Source of the DNA: an uncultured Chloroflexia bacterium
Lineage (GTDB): Bacteria; Chloroflexota; Chloroflexia; Thermomicrobiales; UBA6265
Length of the DNA: 64,000 nt
Direction: 5' to 3'
Assembly: GCA_963763125.1 (NCBI GenBank)
Contig: CAVXMV010000005.1
Location: forward strand, 1,037,562 to 1,101,561
Shown here: positions 20,011-30,767 of the stretch, one piece after another
How positions within the stretch are numbered: the first letter of the stretch is position 1
Layout of the letters: every line of letters begins with the position of its first letter
The notes under the pieces: model-generated
Database searches by the model: none
Seen by the model: only the letters and a program-made list of their open reading frames with translations
What the model was told of the DNA's origin: nothing
Position numbers and translations under genes: made by a program

Positions 20011-22632
20011 ATGAATGTCCTGGAACGGGGTCCCTACATCGAGCGCCTGCATGACTACGCGAGCGAGGCGGCGAAAGGTCATGGCCTGCTGGTGTTCGTG
20101 GGCGGGGAAATGGGGATTGGCAAGACCACCCTCGTCGAACAATTCCAGCGCGAGCTCGATGACACGTGCCGGATGGATGACATGTGCCGGATGATGATTG
20201 TCTCCTGCGATGGCCTCAGGGTGCACGGCCCGCTTGGCCCACTCATGGACATTGCACATTCGCTCGATGCCGAAGTGGAACACCTCCTGGATACCCAGGC
20301 TCCGCGGGACCGAATCTTCCGCGCGGTCGAATCAGCACTTGCCAGGGAGCCCGGGCTCACGATCCTGGTCGGCGAGGATGTGCACTGGAGTGACGAGGCG
20401 TCGCTGGACCTGCTGTACTTCCTGGGGCGGCGGATCGGCAACCTGCGGACGCTGTTCATCGCCACCTACCGCGACGACGAGATTCCCGCCAGGCATCCGC
20501 TGCGCCGGGTACTCGGTGACCTGGCGACCGCGCCGTCGGTGCGGCGCATGATCCTGCCGGCGCTCTCGATCGAAGCAGTCACCACACTGTCGGCGAACTC
20601 CGAAATGGACCCGGTGGAGCTTCGCGCCTATACGGGCGGCAACCCATTCTTCGTCTCCGAGATCCTGGATGCAGGAACCCAGCATCCGATCCGGGTCGAA
20701 GACGCCATCCTGGCCCGTACCAGCCGGATTACCACCAGCGCCCGGACCGTGCTCGATGCGGCCGCCATCATCGGAATCTTCGTGGAGCCGGAACTCCTCC
20801 GCTCGGTGAGCGGCGGACCGATCGAGGACGCGGTCGACGAATGCCTGGCCACCGGGCTCATCCGGGTCAGCGGGAACGGTCTCGAATTCCGCCATGCCGC
20901 GGTGCGGGATGCGATTGCGCGGACCATATCGCCAATCCGCATGGTTGCCCTGCACCGGCGCATCCTTGCCGCCCTGCAGGCAGACCAGCATACCCGGCAC
21001 GACCATGCTCGCCTGGCGCACCACGCCGAGGCCGCCGCCGACCATGAAGCGGCATACAACCAGGCCCGGGCGGCCGCCCGGGACGCGGTTGCGTACAAGT
21101 CGCACCGCGAAGCTGCGGCGCAGTACGCCAGAGCCCTGCGCAATGCTAACGGCAAAGAGCCGGAACTTCGAGCCACGCTGCTCGAAGCCGGGGCCTACGA
21201 GTACTACCTCACGGGGCGCATCGACGATGCCTTGAGTTTCCAGAGGCAGGCCGTCGAGATTCGTACGTCGCTCGCACTGGCTCCGATGCTTGGCGAGAGC
21301 ATTCGCATGCTGTCGCGCTATTGCTGGTTAGCGGGCAACACGGACCAGGCCGAGCATTTCGCGCGGCAGGCGCTCGACGTGCTGAGGGCCCACCCGGAGA
21401 GTCGGGCAATGGCGATGGCGTACTCCAACCTCTCCGGATTGCGCAACCTGGCCCAGGATACCGACGAGGCTGTGCACTTGGGCAAGCGTGCGATCGACCT
21501 TGCCGAGCGGTTAGGGGACAACGCCACGCTCGTCCTGGCCTTGACCCATGTCGGCTCGGCGCTGGGGTTTCTCGGTGGCACGGAAGGGCACCCGTACCTG
21601 CTCCGGGCGATCGAAATCGCCAAGACCGAGAATCTGGACGACGAACTGGCGCGGGCGCTCACGTCCCTCGCGGCAAAGGAATGGTATCGACGCAATCTCG
21701 ACCAGGCCCTGCAGTACTACGACGAGAGTCTCGCCCACACCGAACCTCGTGAGTTGCTCACGATGAATCTCTACCAGCACGCCATGCGGGCGAATGTCCG
21801 GCTCGCCATGGGACATGTCGATCTCGCTGTGGACGAAGCGACCTCGGTCCGCAATCACCCATTGGCTGGGAAGCCGACCGTGTTCGTGGCCCTCGTGGCG
21901 CTCGGGCTGGCTCGTGCCAGGCAGGGCGGCGATGGCACTGCCGAGCTGGACGAGGCCCTGGACATCGCGACGGGCATCGGCGAATTGCAACGCCTGGGGC
22001 CGGTGCGCGCGGCTCGCGCCGAAGCCGCCTGGCTGGCCAACGACCTCGTCGGCGCCGCACGGGAGGCGGAGGCGGCGATCGACCTCGCCTGCCGGGCTCG
22101 GGATCCATGGGTGAGCGGCGAACTGGCGATTTGGCTCTACCGGACGGGAACGCCCTGGCCTGAATTGGATAATTGCGCACTTGCGGAACCGTACCGGCTC
22201 GAAATCGAGGGAGACTGGCGGGCGGCAGCGGACATTTGGCGCGAAAAGGGGGTGCCGCTGAATGAGGCCCGCGCCCTGGCGAACTCGACGGACGAAGCGA
22301 CATTGCGGAGAGCCCTGGCGATGCTCTTCAACCAGGGCGCCCGTCCCGATGCGGTGAAGGTGGCCAATCGCCTCCGCGCCCTGGGCTTCCGCAACATCCG
22401 GCGCGGACCACGGCCGGCTACCCGGGCGGCCTTTGCGATGCTCACCCCGCGGGAAATCGAGGTGCTGGCACTCGTCGCCAGCGACTCGACGAACCGGGAG
22501 ATCGCCGAACAGCTCTATCTGTCCAAGAAGACCGTTGAACACCATGTCTCGGCAATCCTCTCCAAGCTCGAGGTGCCGTCCCGAGAGGCGGCGGTTGCCC
22601 GCGCCAGGGAAGCTGGGTTGGTTGTGGACTAG
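20011..22632 (+). CDS. large ATP-dependent LuxR-family transcriptional regulator (paralogue of 16053-18650)
   Basis: 'GEMGIGKTTL', 'ILVGEDVHWSDE' and a C-terminal 'LTPREIEVLALVASDSTNREIAEQLYLSKKTVEHHVSAIL'. Colinear with the upstream paralogue. ATG with a gaggaaag RBS. Confidence 0.9.
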   Translation: MNVLERGPYIERLHDYASEAAKGHGLLVFVGGEMGIGKTTLVEQFQRELDDTCRMDDMCRMMIVSCDGLRVHGPLGPLMDIAHSLDAEVEHLLDTQAPRDRIFRAVESALAREPGLTILVGEDVHWSDEASLDLLYFLGRRIGNLRTLFIATYRDDEIPARHPLRRVLGDLATAPSVRRMILPALSIEAVTTLSANSEMDPVELRAYTGGNPFFVSEILDAGTQHPIRVEDAILARTSRITTSARTVLDAAAIIGIFVEPELLRSVSGGPIEDAVDECLATGLIRVSGNGLEFRHAAVRDAIARTISPIRMVALHRRILAALQADQHTRHDHARLAHHAEAAADHEAAYNQARAAARDAVAYKSHREAAAQYARALRNANGKEPELRATLLEAGAYEYYLTGRIDDALSFQRQAVEIRTSLALAPMLGESIRMLSRYCWLAGNTDQAEHFARQALDVLRAHPESRAMAMAYSNLSGLRNLAQDTDEAVHLGKRAIDLAERLGDNATLVLALTHVGSALGFLGGTEGHPYLLRAIEIAKTENLDDELARALTSLAAKEWYRRNLDQALQYYDESLAHTEPRELLTMNLYQHAMRANVRLAMGHVDLAVDEATSVRNHPLAGKPTVFVALVALGLARARQGGDGTAELDEALDIATGIGELQRLGPVRAARAEAAWLANDLVGAAREAEAAIDLACRARDPWVSGELAIWLYRTGTPWPELDNCALAEPYRLEIEGDWRAAADIWREKGVPLNEARALANSTDEATLRRALAMLFNQGARPDAVKVANRLRALGFRNIRRGPRPATRAAFAMLTPREIEVLALVASDSTNREIAEQLYLSKKTVEHHVSAILSKLEVPSREAAVARAREAGLVVD
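20158..20193 (+). repeat. 18-nt in-frame tandem duplication inside the LuxR paralogue
   Basis: gatgacacgtgccggatg / gatgacatgtgccggatg (1 mismatch) encodes DDTCRM-DDMCRM. The first paralogue has no equivalent at this position. Confidence 0.85.
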
Positions 22633-22644
22633 GCTGATACCCAT

Positions 22645-22890
22645 TCAGTGGTCGTCCGGCTTCTCGCGCTCGCCAGGCTCCATGCCGGTCAGGACCGGGT
22701 TGCGCTGCCGGACCAGGATGTAGGCGAGCGCGAGCACAACGACGCTCCCGGCGCCTCTCAGCCAGAGTGGCGCGGTATCCGAGCCCCCTGAATGGTCGTG
22801 ACCACCATGGGCGAGCGCGGAATTTGCAGACAAGACGAGCCAAAGGGCCACCGATAGCGTAGCCCTGACTGCAATGTGAAGGTAATTCAC
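22645..22890 (-). CDS. small secreted/membrane protein with a His-rich motif
   Basis: Signal peptide ending 'SALA', then 'HGGHDHSGG', then a C-terminal TM 'SVVVLALAYILV'. GTG start with an aaaggaga RBS. Confidence 0.5.
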   Translation of the reverse strand: MNYLHIAVRATLSVALWLVLSANSALAHGGHDHSGGSDTAPLWLRGAGSVVVLALAYILVRQRNPVLTGMEPGEREKPDDH

Positions 22891-23193
22891 AGGTATCTCC
22901 TTTCAACGGACTATCCAGCCATGCTGTTGCGAGTTGGGTGCGTGGAGGAACTGGCGTAAACCTGTTGTAGGGCACGAAGCATGCCGGACACATGGGGAGG
23001 GGACACCTATTTTTCGGCCCGGCACCCCTATGCTGTCGAGCAAGGGACATGGCAACCGGGAGTGCTGGAAGTGGGAGGAATCGCTGTCGCGACAGGCTCT
23101 TTGGGGAACCAACGTAGGTACTCTCACGTGCAAAATGGGTACGCCACACCGATGTGCCTGTGCCTGGTTAACGCGATGCTGCCTACCAGACCG

Positions 23194-23220
23194 CAGCGAT
23201 GAGCGGAATGCTCATCGCTG
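23194..23220 (+). promoter_or_regulatory. 11-bp perfect hairpin in the metX leader
   Basis: cagcgatgagc-ggaat-gctcatcgctg. No U-tract follows. It occludes the ATG at 23199. Confidence 0.4.
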
Positions 23221-23255
23221 AGCATTCGACCCCAATCGAAGGGCAGACACGTCCA

Positions 23256-23609
23256 ATGCATCCGATTCTGAGCAAGGAGTTCATCGCCGCCATCGAGCTC
23301 GAGGCCCGCGCCAATCGCGAAGCGCTGCAAAAGGCGACCGTGGCCCGTCAGACGGCGCCGCATCGCGAATCGACACTCGGCGCGTTATCCCGGCTTGCCG
23401 CGTTGGTGACGAGCACTATTCGTCAACGGGGCGAACCGAGCGGGTACGCACTATCGGAGCTGGCCGCCGACCAGCAGAGAGAGGCAATGCCGGAGATCGC
23501 GCGAGAACACGATCGCGCAGGCACAGGTATGGAAGCGGGGAGAGCAGCGCGAGTGGCGGTCACTTCCCGGCGCGCCGTCGCGATCTCAAGGGATGGGAGC
23601 AATCCATGA
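23256..23609 (+). CDS. hypothetical protein, translationally coupled to metX
   Basis: GC-rich third codon positions. Its stop overlaps the metX start (ATGA). No family recognised. Confidence 0.4.
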   Translation: MHPILSKEFIAAIELEARANREALQKATVARQTAPHRESTLGALSRLAALVTSTIRQRGEPSGYALSELAADQQREAMPEIAREHDRAGTGMEAGRAARVAVTSRRAVAISRDGSNP

Positions 23610-24871
23610 GCCGGACCAGAACCGCGATGGTCGTGGATAACCTCACGGTAATGGTGGATCGACCAAGTTCACGCGCCACAAGCGATGCGACCGCCGCGAA
23701 CCAGCGGCCACACCTCCGCGTGCTTCGCCCACTAGACCACCAGGCGGAGGATGGCGCCCTCCAGGCGATCGATCTCGGCCGCTTCGATCTTGAGCTCGGT
23801 GGCCAGATCGACCACGTGACCCTGGCCTATCGCACCTGGGGCACGCTCAATCCGGCCGGCGACAATGCCGTGATCATCCTCCACGCCCTGACCGGCGACA
23901 GCCTCGCCAGCGGTCCCGGCGGCTGGTGGGAACCGGTTGCCGGCGCCTGCCGCCCGATCGACACTGATCGCCTGTTCGTGATCAGCGCCAACGTCCTTGG
24001 CGGATGCGCGGGCAGCACCGGCCCGGCCTCGATCAATCCCGCGACCGGCAAGCCCTGGGCGATGACCTTTCCCCTGATCACGATTGGCGACATCGTCGCC
24101 AGCCAGCGGCGATTGGTCGAGCGCCTCGGGGTGACCAGGCTGATCGCGGTCGGCGGTTCGATCGGTGGCTTCCAGGCCCTGGAATGGGCCACCCGCCACG
24201 GCGATCTCGTGCGGGGCACACTCGTGATCGCCGCCAGCGGCGCCCTCAGCGCGCTCGGGATCGCCACCCACAGCGAGATCGGGCGCCGCGCCATCATGGC
24301 CGATCCCGATTGGCAGAACGGCGAATACCAGGAGGCCGGAACCTTCCCCGCCAGGGGGCTCTCGATTGCCCGGATGGCGGCGATGACGACCTACCACAGC
24401 CGCGAAAGCCTCGGTCGCCGGTTCGGGCGAGCGACTGCCAGCCGCCCGGTGCTCTATCCGGCCTTTGGACCAACCTTCGATGTCGAGGGCTATCTCCACT
24501 ACCACGGCGAGGCGCTCGTCCGGCGGTTCGACCCGAATTCGTATCTCTACCTGACCCGGGCCATGGATCTTTACGATGTCGCCCGCGACGGGGGTGCCGA
24601 CTTCTGGCTCGGCAAGATCGAGGCACCGATCCTGCTGGTCGGGATCAGTAGCGACTGGCTGTTCGCGCCGAGCGAAGTCCGCACCCTCGGCGACCACCTC
24701 GCCTACCTCGAACGCGACGTGGAGTATGCCGAAATCGAATCGCCCAATGGGCACGACGCCTTTCTCAAGGACTGGGACCAACTGAATCCGATCGTTGAAT
24801 CGTTCGTCCGCCGGACCGAAGGCAGAACGTTCGACGACCGCTTGTGTACGAACCACGGCAGCCCACCGTGA
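23606..24871 (+). CDS. metX: homoserine O-acetyltransferase
   Basis: 'NAVIILHALTGDS', nucleophile elbow 'GGSIGGFQALEW', and 'SDWLFAP...GHDAFL'. Confidence 0.9.
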   Translation: MSRTRTAMVVDNLTVMVDRPSSRATSDATAANQRPHLRVLRPLDHQAEDGALQAIDLGRFDLELGGQIDHVTLAYRTWGTLNPAGDNAVIILHALTGDSLASGPGGWWEPVAGACRPIDTDRLFVISANVLGGCAGSTGPASINPATGKPWAMTFPLITIGDIVASQRRLVERLGVTRLIAVGGSIGGFQALEWATRHGDLVRGTLVIAASGALSALGIATHSEIGRRAIMADPDWQNGEYQEAGTFPARGLSIARMAAMTTYHSRESLGRRFGRATASRPVLYPAFGPTFDVEGYLHYHGEALVRRFDPNSYLYLTRAMDLYDVARDGGADFWLGKIEAPILLVGISSDWLFAPSEVRTLGDHLAYLERDVEYAEIESPNGHDAFLKDWDQLNPIVESFVRRTEGRTFDDRLCTNHGSPP

Positions 24872-24891
24872 CACAGAAGACCGGGCCGTGA

Positions 24892-26241
<1,350 letters not shown>

Positions 26242-26256
26242 CCGCGATCGTCGATT

Positions 26257-26312
26257 GCGTATCCCGGTAGTGGCCGGTCTGTACAACGAGTCCGGACACT
26301 ACCGGGATACGC
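26257..26312. repeat. long hairpin containing a family A REP variant, 16 nt after the metY stop (likely terminator/REP)
   Basis: A 16-bp perfect inverted repeat, gcgtatcccggtagtg / cactaccgggatacgc. The inner gtagtggccggtctgtac matches the REP core. Confidence 0.7.
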
Positions 26313-26961
26313 GCACCGTCCCACCCTCGCCTTGGGTCTCCGGGGAGGGCCAGGATCGGTACATGCGCGACCCACACCATGCAATTTGCGTCGATCCGTA
26401 TGCCCTCCCGCCCCCCTCTCCCCGCCACCCCACCGCGCACTCCGCGTCACCCGTCATCCTGAGCGGCCCGGCCCCGCGCGCACTGGCCCAGGCGCGAACG
26501 CAGCGCAGTCGAGGGACTTCGTCGCTCGAACCATGCCAAGCCAGCCCTTTCCCTGCTCACCCCCGAACGCCGTTGGGAGCGGTCCCCGGCCCACAGACGG
26601 CCACGCCATGAATGCACGTAGGGCCGACCGCCTGCCATGCTTACGCTGCGTTTCGGTTGCGAATGGCGTTGCACGGGCTGCGCCTCTCCGGTCGGGACGA
26701 CGTGGCACAGGGTAGTATTCCAAGTGTTTACTTGGTATATTGGCTGGGCCTGAGGTGTTGCAGACCAGCTCCGGGCCGACACACGGGTCGGCCCCTACGA
26801 TATCCAGTGGCGCACAGAGGTGTTCAACGGGTGAGACCGCCATCTCGATTGCGAACGGATTCGACATCTTGCAGCGGCCACGACGCCTCTTGCCTTTGCC
26901 CCATACGTACACTAGTGTAGGTGGGGTCGCCTTGCCGCCATTGCCATCTCTGGAGTACCTC

Positions 26962-28044
26962 GTGAATCACAACGAGTCTCGATCAACGCCAAGCGCGATC
27001 TCGGTCAGTCATCTCCGCAAGGTCTACGAGGTTCCCGAACGTGAGGGGGGCCTGAAGGCCGCGGTCGGCAGCCTCTTTCATCGGCAGACAAAGGAAATCG
27101 CGGCGGTCACGGACATCAGCTTCGAGATTCAGCCGGGTGAGGTCGTGGGTTTCCTTGGCCCGAATGGCGCGGGGAAAACGACTACCCTGAAGATGCTGGC
27201 GGGTCTCCTCCACCCAACCTCCGGCACCGCCGATGTGCTTGGCTACACCCCCTGGAGCCGCGATCGCGACTATCTGCGCAAGATGGCGCTGATCATGGGG
27301 CAACGCAACCAACTGACATGGGATATCCCGGTGCTCGATTCCTACGAGCTCAACAAAGCGATCTTCCGGATTTCCGACACCGATTATCTGGAGCGACGCG
27401 ACGAGCTGATCGAGATGCTCGAACTCGGCGAGTTGCTCAAGAAGCCTGTCCGCAACCTGTCCCTCGGTGAGCGCATGAAGTGCGAAATTGCCGGATCGCT
27501 GCTGCATCATCCCTCGATCCTGTTCCTCGACGAGCCGACGATCGGGCTCGATGTCGCCATGCAGCGGCGGATCCGGGCGTTCATCGCCGACTACAACCAG
27601 CGCACCAATGCCTCGATCCTGCTCACGAGCCACTATATGGCTGATGTCGAGGCGCTGTGCGAGCGGGTGATCGTTATCCACCATGGTTCCCTCCTCTACG
27701 ACGGTGACCTGCCGGGACTGGTGCGCAATTTCTCGCCGCACAAAACGATCGTCGTCGAGTTCGAGGAAGGGGCAACCATCGAGCACGATGAATCGACGCT
27801 GCGGTCATTGATCGGGGAAGATGGTGAGATCGTCGAGAGTTCCACGATTGGCCTGACGATTCGCGTGCCGAAAACGGATACGGCAAGGGTGACCGGTCAG
27901 CTTCTGGGTGCCTTGCCGATCGCCGACCTCACGGTCGAGGATCCGCCAATCGAGGACGTTATCGAGCGGGTGTTTTCATCTGGTCAGGCAGCAGTCACCG
28001 CTGAAGATGTCGAAACCACCCAGCCAGTCGAGGTGCTGGTCTGA
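26962..28044 (+). CDS. ABC transporter ATP-binding protein (ABC-2 type)
   Basis: Walker A 'GPNGAGKTT', signature 'LSLGERMK', Walker B 'ILFLDEPT'. GTG start after a GGAG. Confidence 0.9.
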   Translation: MNHNESRSTPSAISVSHLRKVYEVPEREGGLKAAVGSLFHRQTKEIAAVTDISFEIQPGEVVGFLGPNGAGKTTTLKMLAGLLHPTSGTADVLGYTPWSRDRDYLRKMALIMGQRNQLTWDIPVLDSYELNKAIFRISDTDYLERRDELIEMLELGELLKKPVRNLSLGERMKCEIAGSLLHHPSILFLDEPTIGLDVAMQRRIRAFIADYNQRTNASILLTSHYMADVEALCERVIVIHHGSLLYDGDLPGLVRNFSPHKTIVVEFEEGATIEHDESTLRSLIGEDGEIVESSTIGLTIRVPKTDTARVTGQLLGALPIADLTVEDPPIEDVIERVFSSGQAAVTAEDVETTQPVEVLV

Positions 28045-28892
28045 TGGCTACGATCCGGAGACCACACAGCGACAGGGAATCGTTCAGCCCACGAGCATTG
28101 GCGACGTTCTACGGCGCCAAATTCCGGACCTCTGCCGCATTGATGCTGGCATATCGCGGGGCGATCCTGATCTGGCTGTTCGCGATCATCAGCTCACCGT
28201 TGATCTCGATCGTGGTCTGGACCACGGTCGCCAAATCGCAGGGCGGCAGTGCGGGCGGGTTCACCGAGGGCGGGTACGCGGCCTATTTCATCATCCTGAT
28301 GGTGGTCAACCAGCTCACGTTCTCGTGGCACATGTGGGAAATGGGCTGGAGAGTCCAATCCGGATTGTTCTCCGGCATCCTGCTCAGGCCGATGCATCCG
28401 ATTCACAACGATATCGTGGAGAACATGGTGTTCAAGGCGTTGACGCTGGTGCCGCTCGTGCCGGTGGCGATAATCTTCAGCTTTATGTTCGATGCCGAGT
28501 ACAACTGGAAACTGCTGAACGTGGTCGCCCTGGCCCCAGCGATCGTTCTCGCCGCGCTGCTGTTGTTCCTGCTCGAGTGGACGATCGGACTCGCCGCATT
28601 CTGGATCACCAAGACAAATGCCTTGTTCCAGCTTTATTCGTCGGTCTACTTCTTCCTGGCCGGCTTCATCGCACCACTGTCGTTGCTGCCGGAACCGGCG
28701 CAGGTCGCGGCGAGCATCCTGCCCTTCCGCTGGATCCTCTCATATCCTGTCGAGATGGCGCTCGGCACAAGTGGACCCCAGGAGATCGCGATCGGGTTTG
28801 CGATGCAAGTGGTGTGGATCGGACTGCTGCTGGGGATTCTCCGCTTCGCGTGGTCGCACGCGGCGAGCCGCTATTCGGCAGTAGGGGCCTGA
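28044..28892 (+). CDS. ABC-2 family transporter permease
   Basis: Six predicted TM segments. Its start overlaps the ATPase stop. This matches the ATPase plus two-permease architecture of COG4586/4587/3694-type systems. Confidence 0.8.
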   Translation: MATIRRPHSDRESFSPRALATFYGAKFRTSAALMLAYRGAILIWLFAIISSPLISIVVWTTVAKSQGGSAGGFTEGGYAAYFIILMVVNQLTFSWHMWEMGWRVQSGLFSGILLRPMHPIHNDIVENMVFKALTLVPLVPVAIIFSFMFDAEYNWKLLNVVALAPAIVLAALLLFLLEWTIGLAAFWITKTNALFQLYSSVYFFLAGFIAPLSLLPEPAQVAASILPFRWILSYPVEMALGTSGPQEIAIGFAMQVVWIGLLLGILRFAWSHAASRYSAVGA

Positions 28893-28894
28893 CG

Positions 28895-29683
28895 ATGCAT
28901 GCAATGACGGTGATTCGGACCTATCTCAAGCTCGGCATCCTCAATGTGATGCAGTACAGGGCCGATTTCTTTCTGCAGGTGATTTCGATCTGTATCGGGC
29001 TGGTCACGGCGCTGCTCGGACTCAGGGTGGTGTTCGGCCAAACCGAGGAAATCGGCGGCTGGACGCACACCGACCTGATCGCGTTGATCGGGATCCAGAT
29101 GCTGGTGCGGGGTCTGGTCAGCCTGGTCGTGCGGCCAAGCATGCAGCAGTTAATGGAAGGCATCCGGCTGGGAACGCTCGATTTCATGCTGACGAAACCG
29201 GCAGATTCGCAACTGCTGGCGAGCGTGGCGCAGGTCAATGTGGCGGCCAGCGCCGACGTGGTGGGCGGCATTATCGTGCTCACCCTCGCGCTCGTCCGGC
29301 TCGGTGGATCGATCGGACCCGGCGAGGCAATCTCGTTCGTGATCGTGCTGCTGGCCGGGGTGGTGATCATCTATTCGTTCCTGCTGATTCTCTCCACATT
29401 GGCATTCTGGTTCGTGAAGCTCGAAAACATCCTGGTGATTTTCAATTCGATGTTCGATGGGGCCGGGGCCTGGCCAATCACGATCTTTCCGGGGTGGATG
29501 CGGGTTTCCCTGACATTCATCATCCCGGTCGCGTTCGCGGTGACGGTTCCGGCACAGAGCCTGACCGGTCGCCTCTCGCCCGGGCTTGGATTGGGCGCGG
29601 TGGCGGTGGCGATCGCGTTCACGGTCGCGGCGAGGTGGTTCTGGCGATTCGGGTTGAAGCACTACACGGGAGCATCGGCATAG
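28895..29683 (+). CDS. ABC-2 family transporter permease (second subunit)
   Basis: 'MHAMTVIRTYLKLGILNVMQYRADFFL', polytopic. Starts 3 nt after the previous stop. Confidence 0.8.
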   Translation: MHAMTVIRTYLKLGILNVMQYRADFFLQVISICIGLVTALLGLRVVFGQTEEIGGWTHTDLIALIGIQMLVRGLVSLVVRPSMQQLMEGIRLGTLDFMLTKPADSQLLASVAQVNVAASADVVGGIIVLTLALVRLGGSIGPGEAISFVIVLLAGVVIIYSFLLILSTLAFWFVKLENILVIFNSMFDGAGAWPITIFPGWMRVSLTFIIPVAFAVTVPAQSLTGRLSPGLGLGAVAVAIAFTVAARWFWRFGLKHYTGASA

Positions 29684-29757
29684 CGATAGGTGACGGGTGC
29701 GCTGGGGCCGCGTATGATGCCGGTTATGCTCCGCGACCACGCCGAAATCGTCCGCTT

Positions 29758-29900
29758 CGAGGTCATTACGAGCCAACGATTCTGTGGAATGACATTTGCT
29801 GGCCAAGCGGCGGCAATCTGGCGGATCTGTTCGCGTACTACTACAACCGCGTGCCCGAAGGTGTCATCACCAACCGCTGGAGGGAGGCGAATCCCGACCG
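29758..29900 (+). pseudogene. relic fragment of a GH29 alpha-L-fucosidase
   Basis: 'YEPTILWNDICWPSGGNLADLFAYYYNRVPEGVITNRW' resembles the GH29 'Y.PD.lWfDg.w...l...yn..P..vvNnR' block. There is no start codon and no remainder of the enzyme. Confidence 0.45.
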
Positions 29901-30104
29901 CAGTAGATTGGCGACCCAGGGAATCAGGCTCGCTGGTCAGGCGATCCAACGCCTCTGGCGCGTCATCCCGGCCGGCAGGAAGCAGTTGCTGCCGGTTTCA
30001 GCGGCCCACGTGCTGCGGATCGAGCCAGCGGCAGGAGTGGGAAGCCGCACCTAAGCGATCAGCGCAAGATGGCTTGCGCACTGTGGCGGCATGATCCGGG
30101 AGGG

Positions 30105-30761
30105 ATGAAGTTGACGAGTGATTCGAGCCCATTTGCGAGTGCAGAGATCGCCTCATTCTGGCGGTTCCTGATCCAGGTTCCCGACAAGTTCGGAAAGATT
30201 ATGGACGGTCTCTCGCCCGAGGAACTGAACTGGCACCCGGATGCGCCAGGCACGAACAGCATCCATGTCCTGGCAACGCACACGATGGGCAACTTGCGGT
30301 GGACGATCCTCGAAATCATCGGCGGGCAGCCCATCAATCGCGATCGTGACGGCGAGTTCCGGAGCGTTGCAACCGAATCGAACGTGCCCATCGAGACCTG
30401 GCCATCCGTACGGGCAGAATTGGACCAGGTCATCGCCGGGTTACCCGCCGACGCCATGGACCACATCTATCACCATCCGGTGTTTGGCGATTTAACCGGG
30501 CGAGATGTACTTCACGTCATGATTGGACATGCCGCAGAACACCTTGGCCACGCAGGGATGACGCGGGATCTGGTGCTCGCGGCGCGGATGGGCGATGCTG
30601 GCAAGCAGGTAGCGCGGTGGAGGCAAAAGCCGATCGATCCGGGAATCCACAGGTCCAGCGGGCGGGCAGGTTCCCCTATACGCGAGCGGATCACCATGCA
30701 GTACAACACCCCGGCCTATGGCCGGGGTGTTGCAGGTTTGTCCGTATTGATGCCTGAGTAA
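30105..30761 (+). CDS. DinB-family protein
   Basis: 'LSPEELNWHP', 'HVLATHTMGNL' and 'GHAAEHLGHAG' form the DinB_2 His triad. It has a long C-terminal tail. Confidence 0.75.
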   Translation: MKLTSDSSPFASAEIASFWRFLIQVPDKFGKIMDGLSPEELNWHPDAPGTNSIHVLATHTMGNLRWTILEIIGGQPINRDRDGEFRSVATESNVPIETWPSVRAELDQVIAGLPADAMDHIYHHPVFGDLTGRDVLHVMIGHAAEHLGHAGMTRDLVLAARMGDAGKQVARWRQKPIDPGIHRSSGRAGSPIRERITMQYNTPAYGRGVAGLSVLMPE

Positions 30762-30767
30762 AAACTA

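Noticed and set aside
17367-22644. ORFs 17367-18563 (-) and 21511-22644 (-).
   Set aside because: Antisense to the two LuxR-type regulators, whose P-loop and HTH motifs fix the coding strand.
22891-23255. Possible SAM-I/SAM-IV riboswitch upstream of the met operon.
   Set aside because: Only isolated fragments (GGCAACC, GAGGGGA, GGCCC) are present. Their spacing is wrong and no P1-P4 pairing could be drawn, so it is not supportable by eye.
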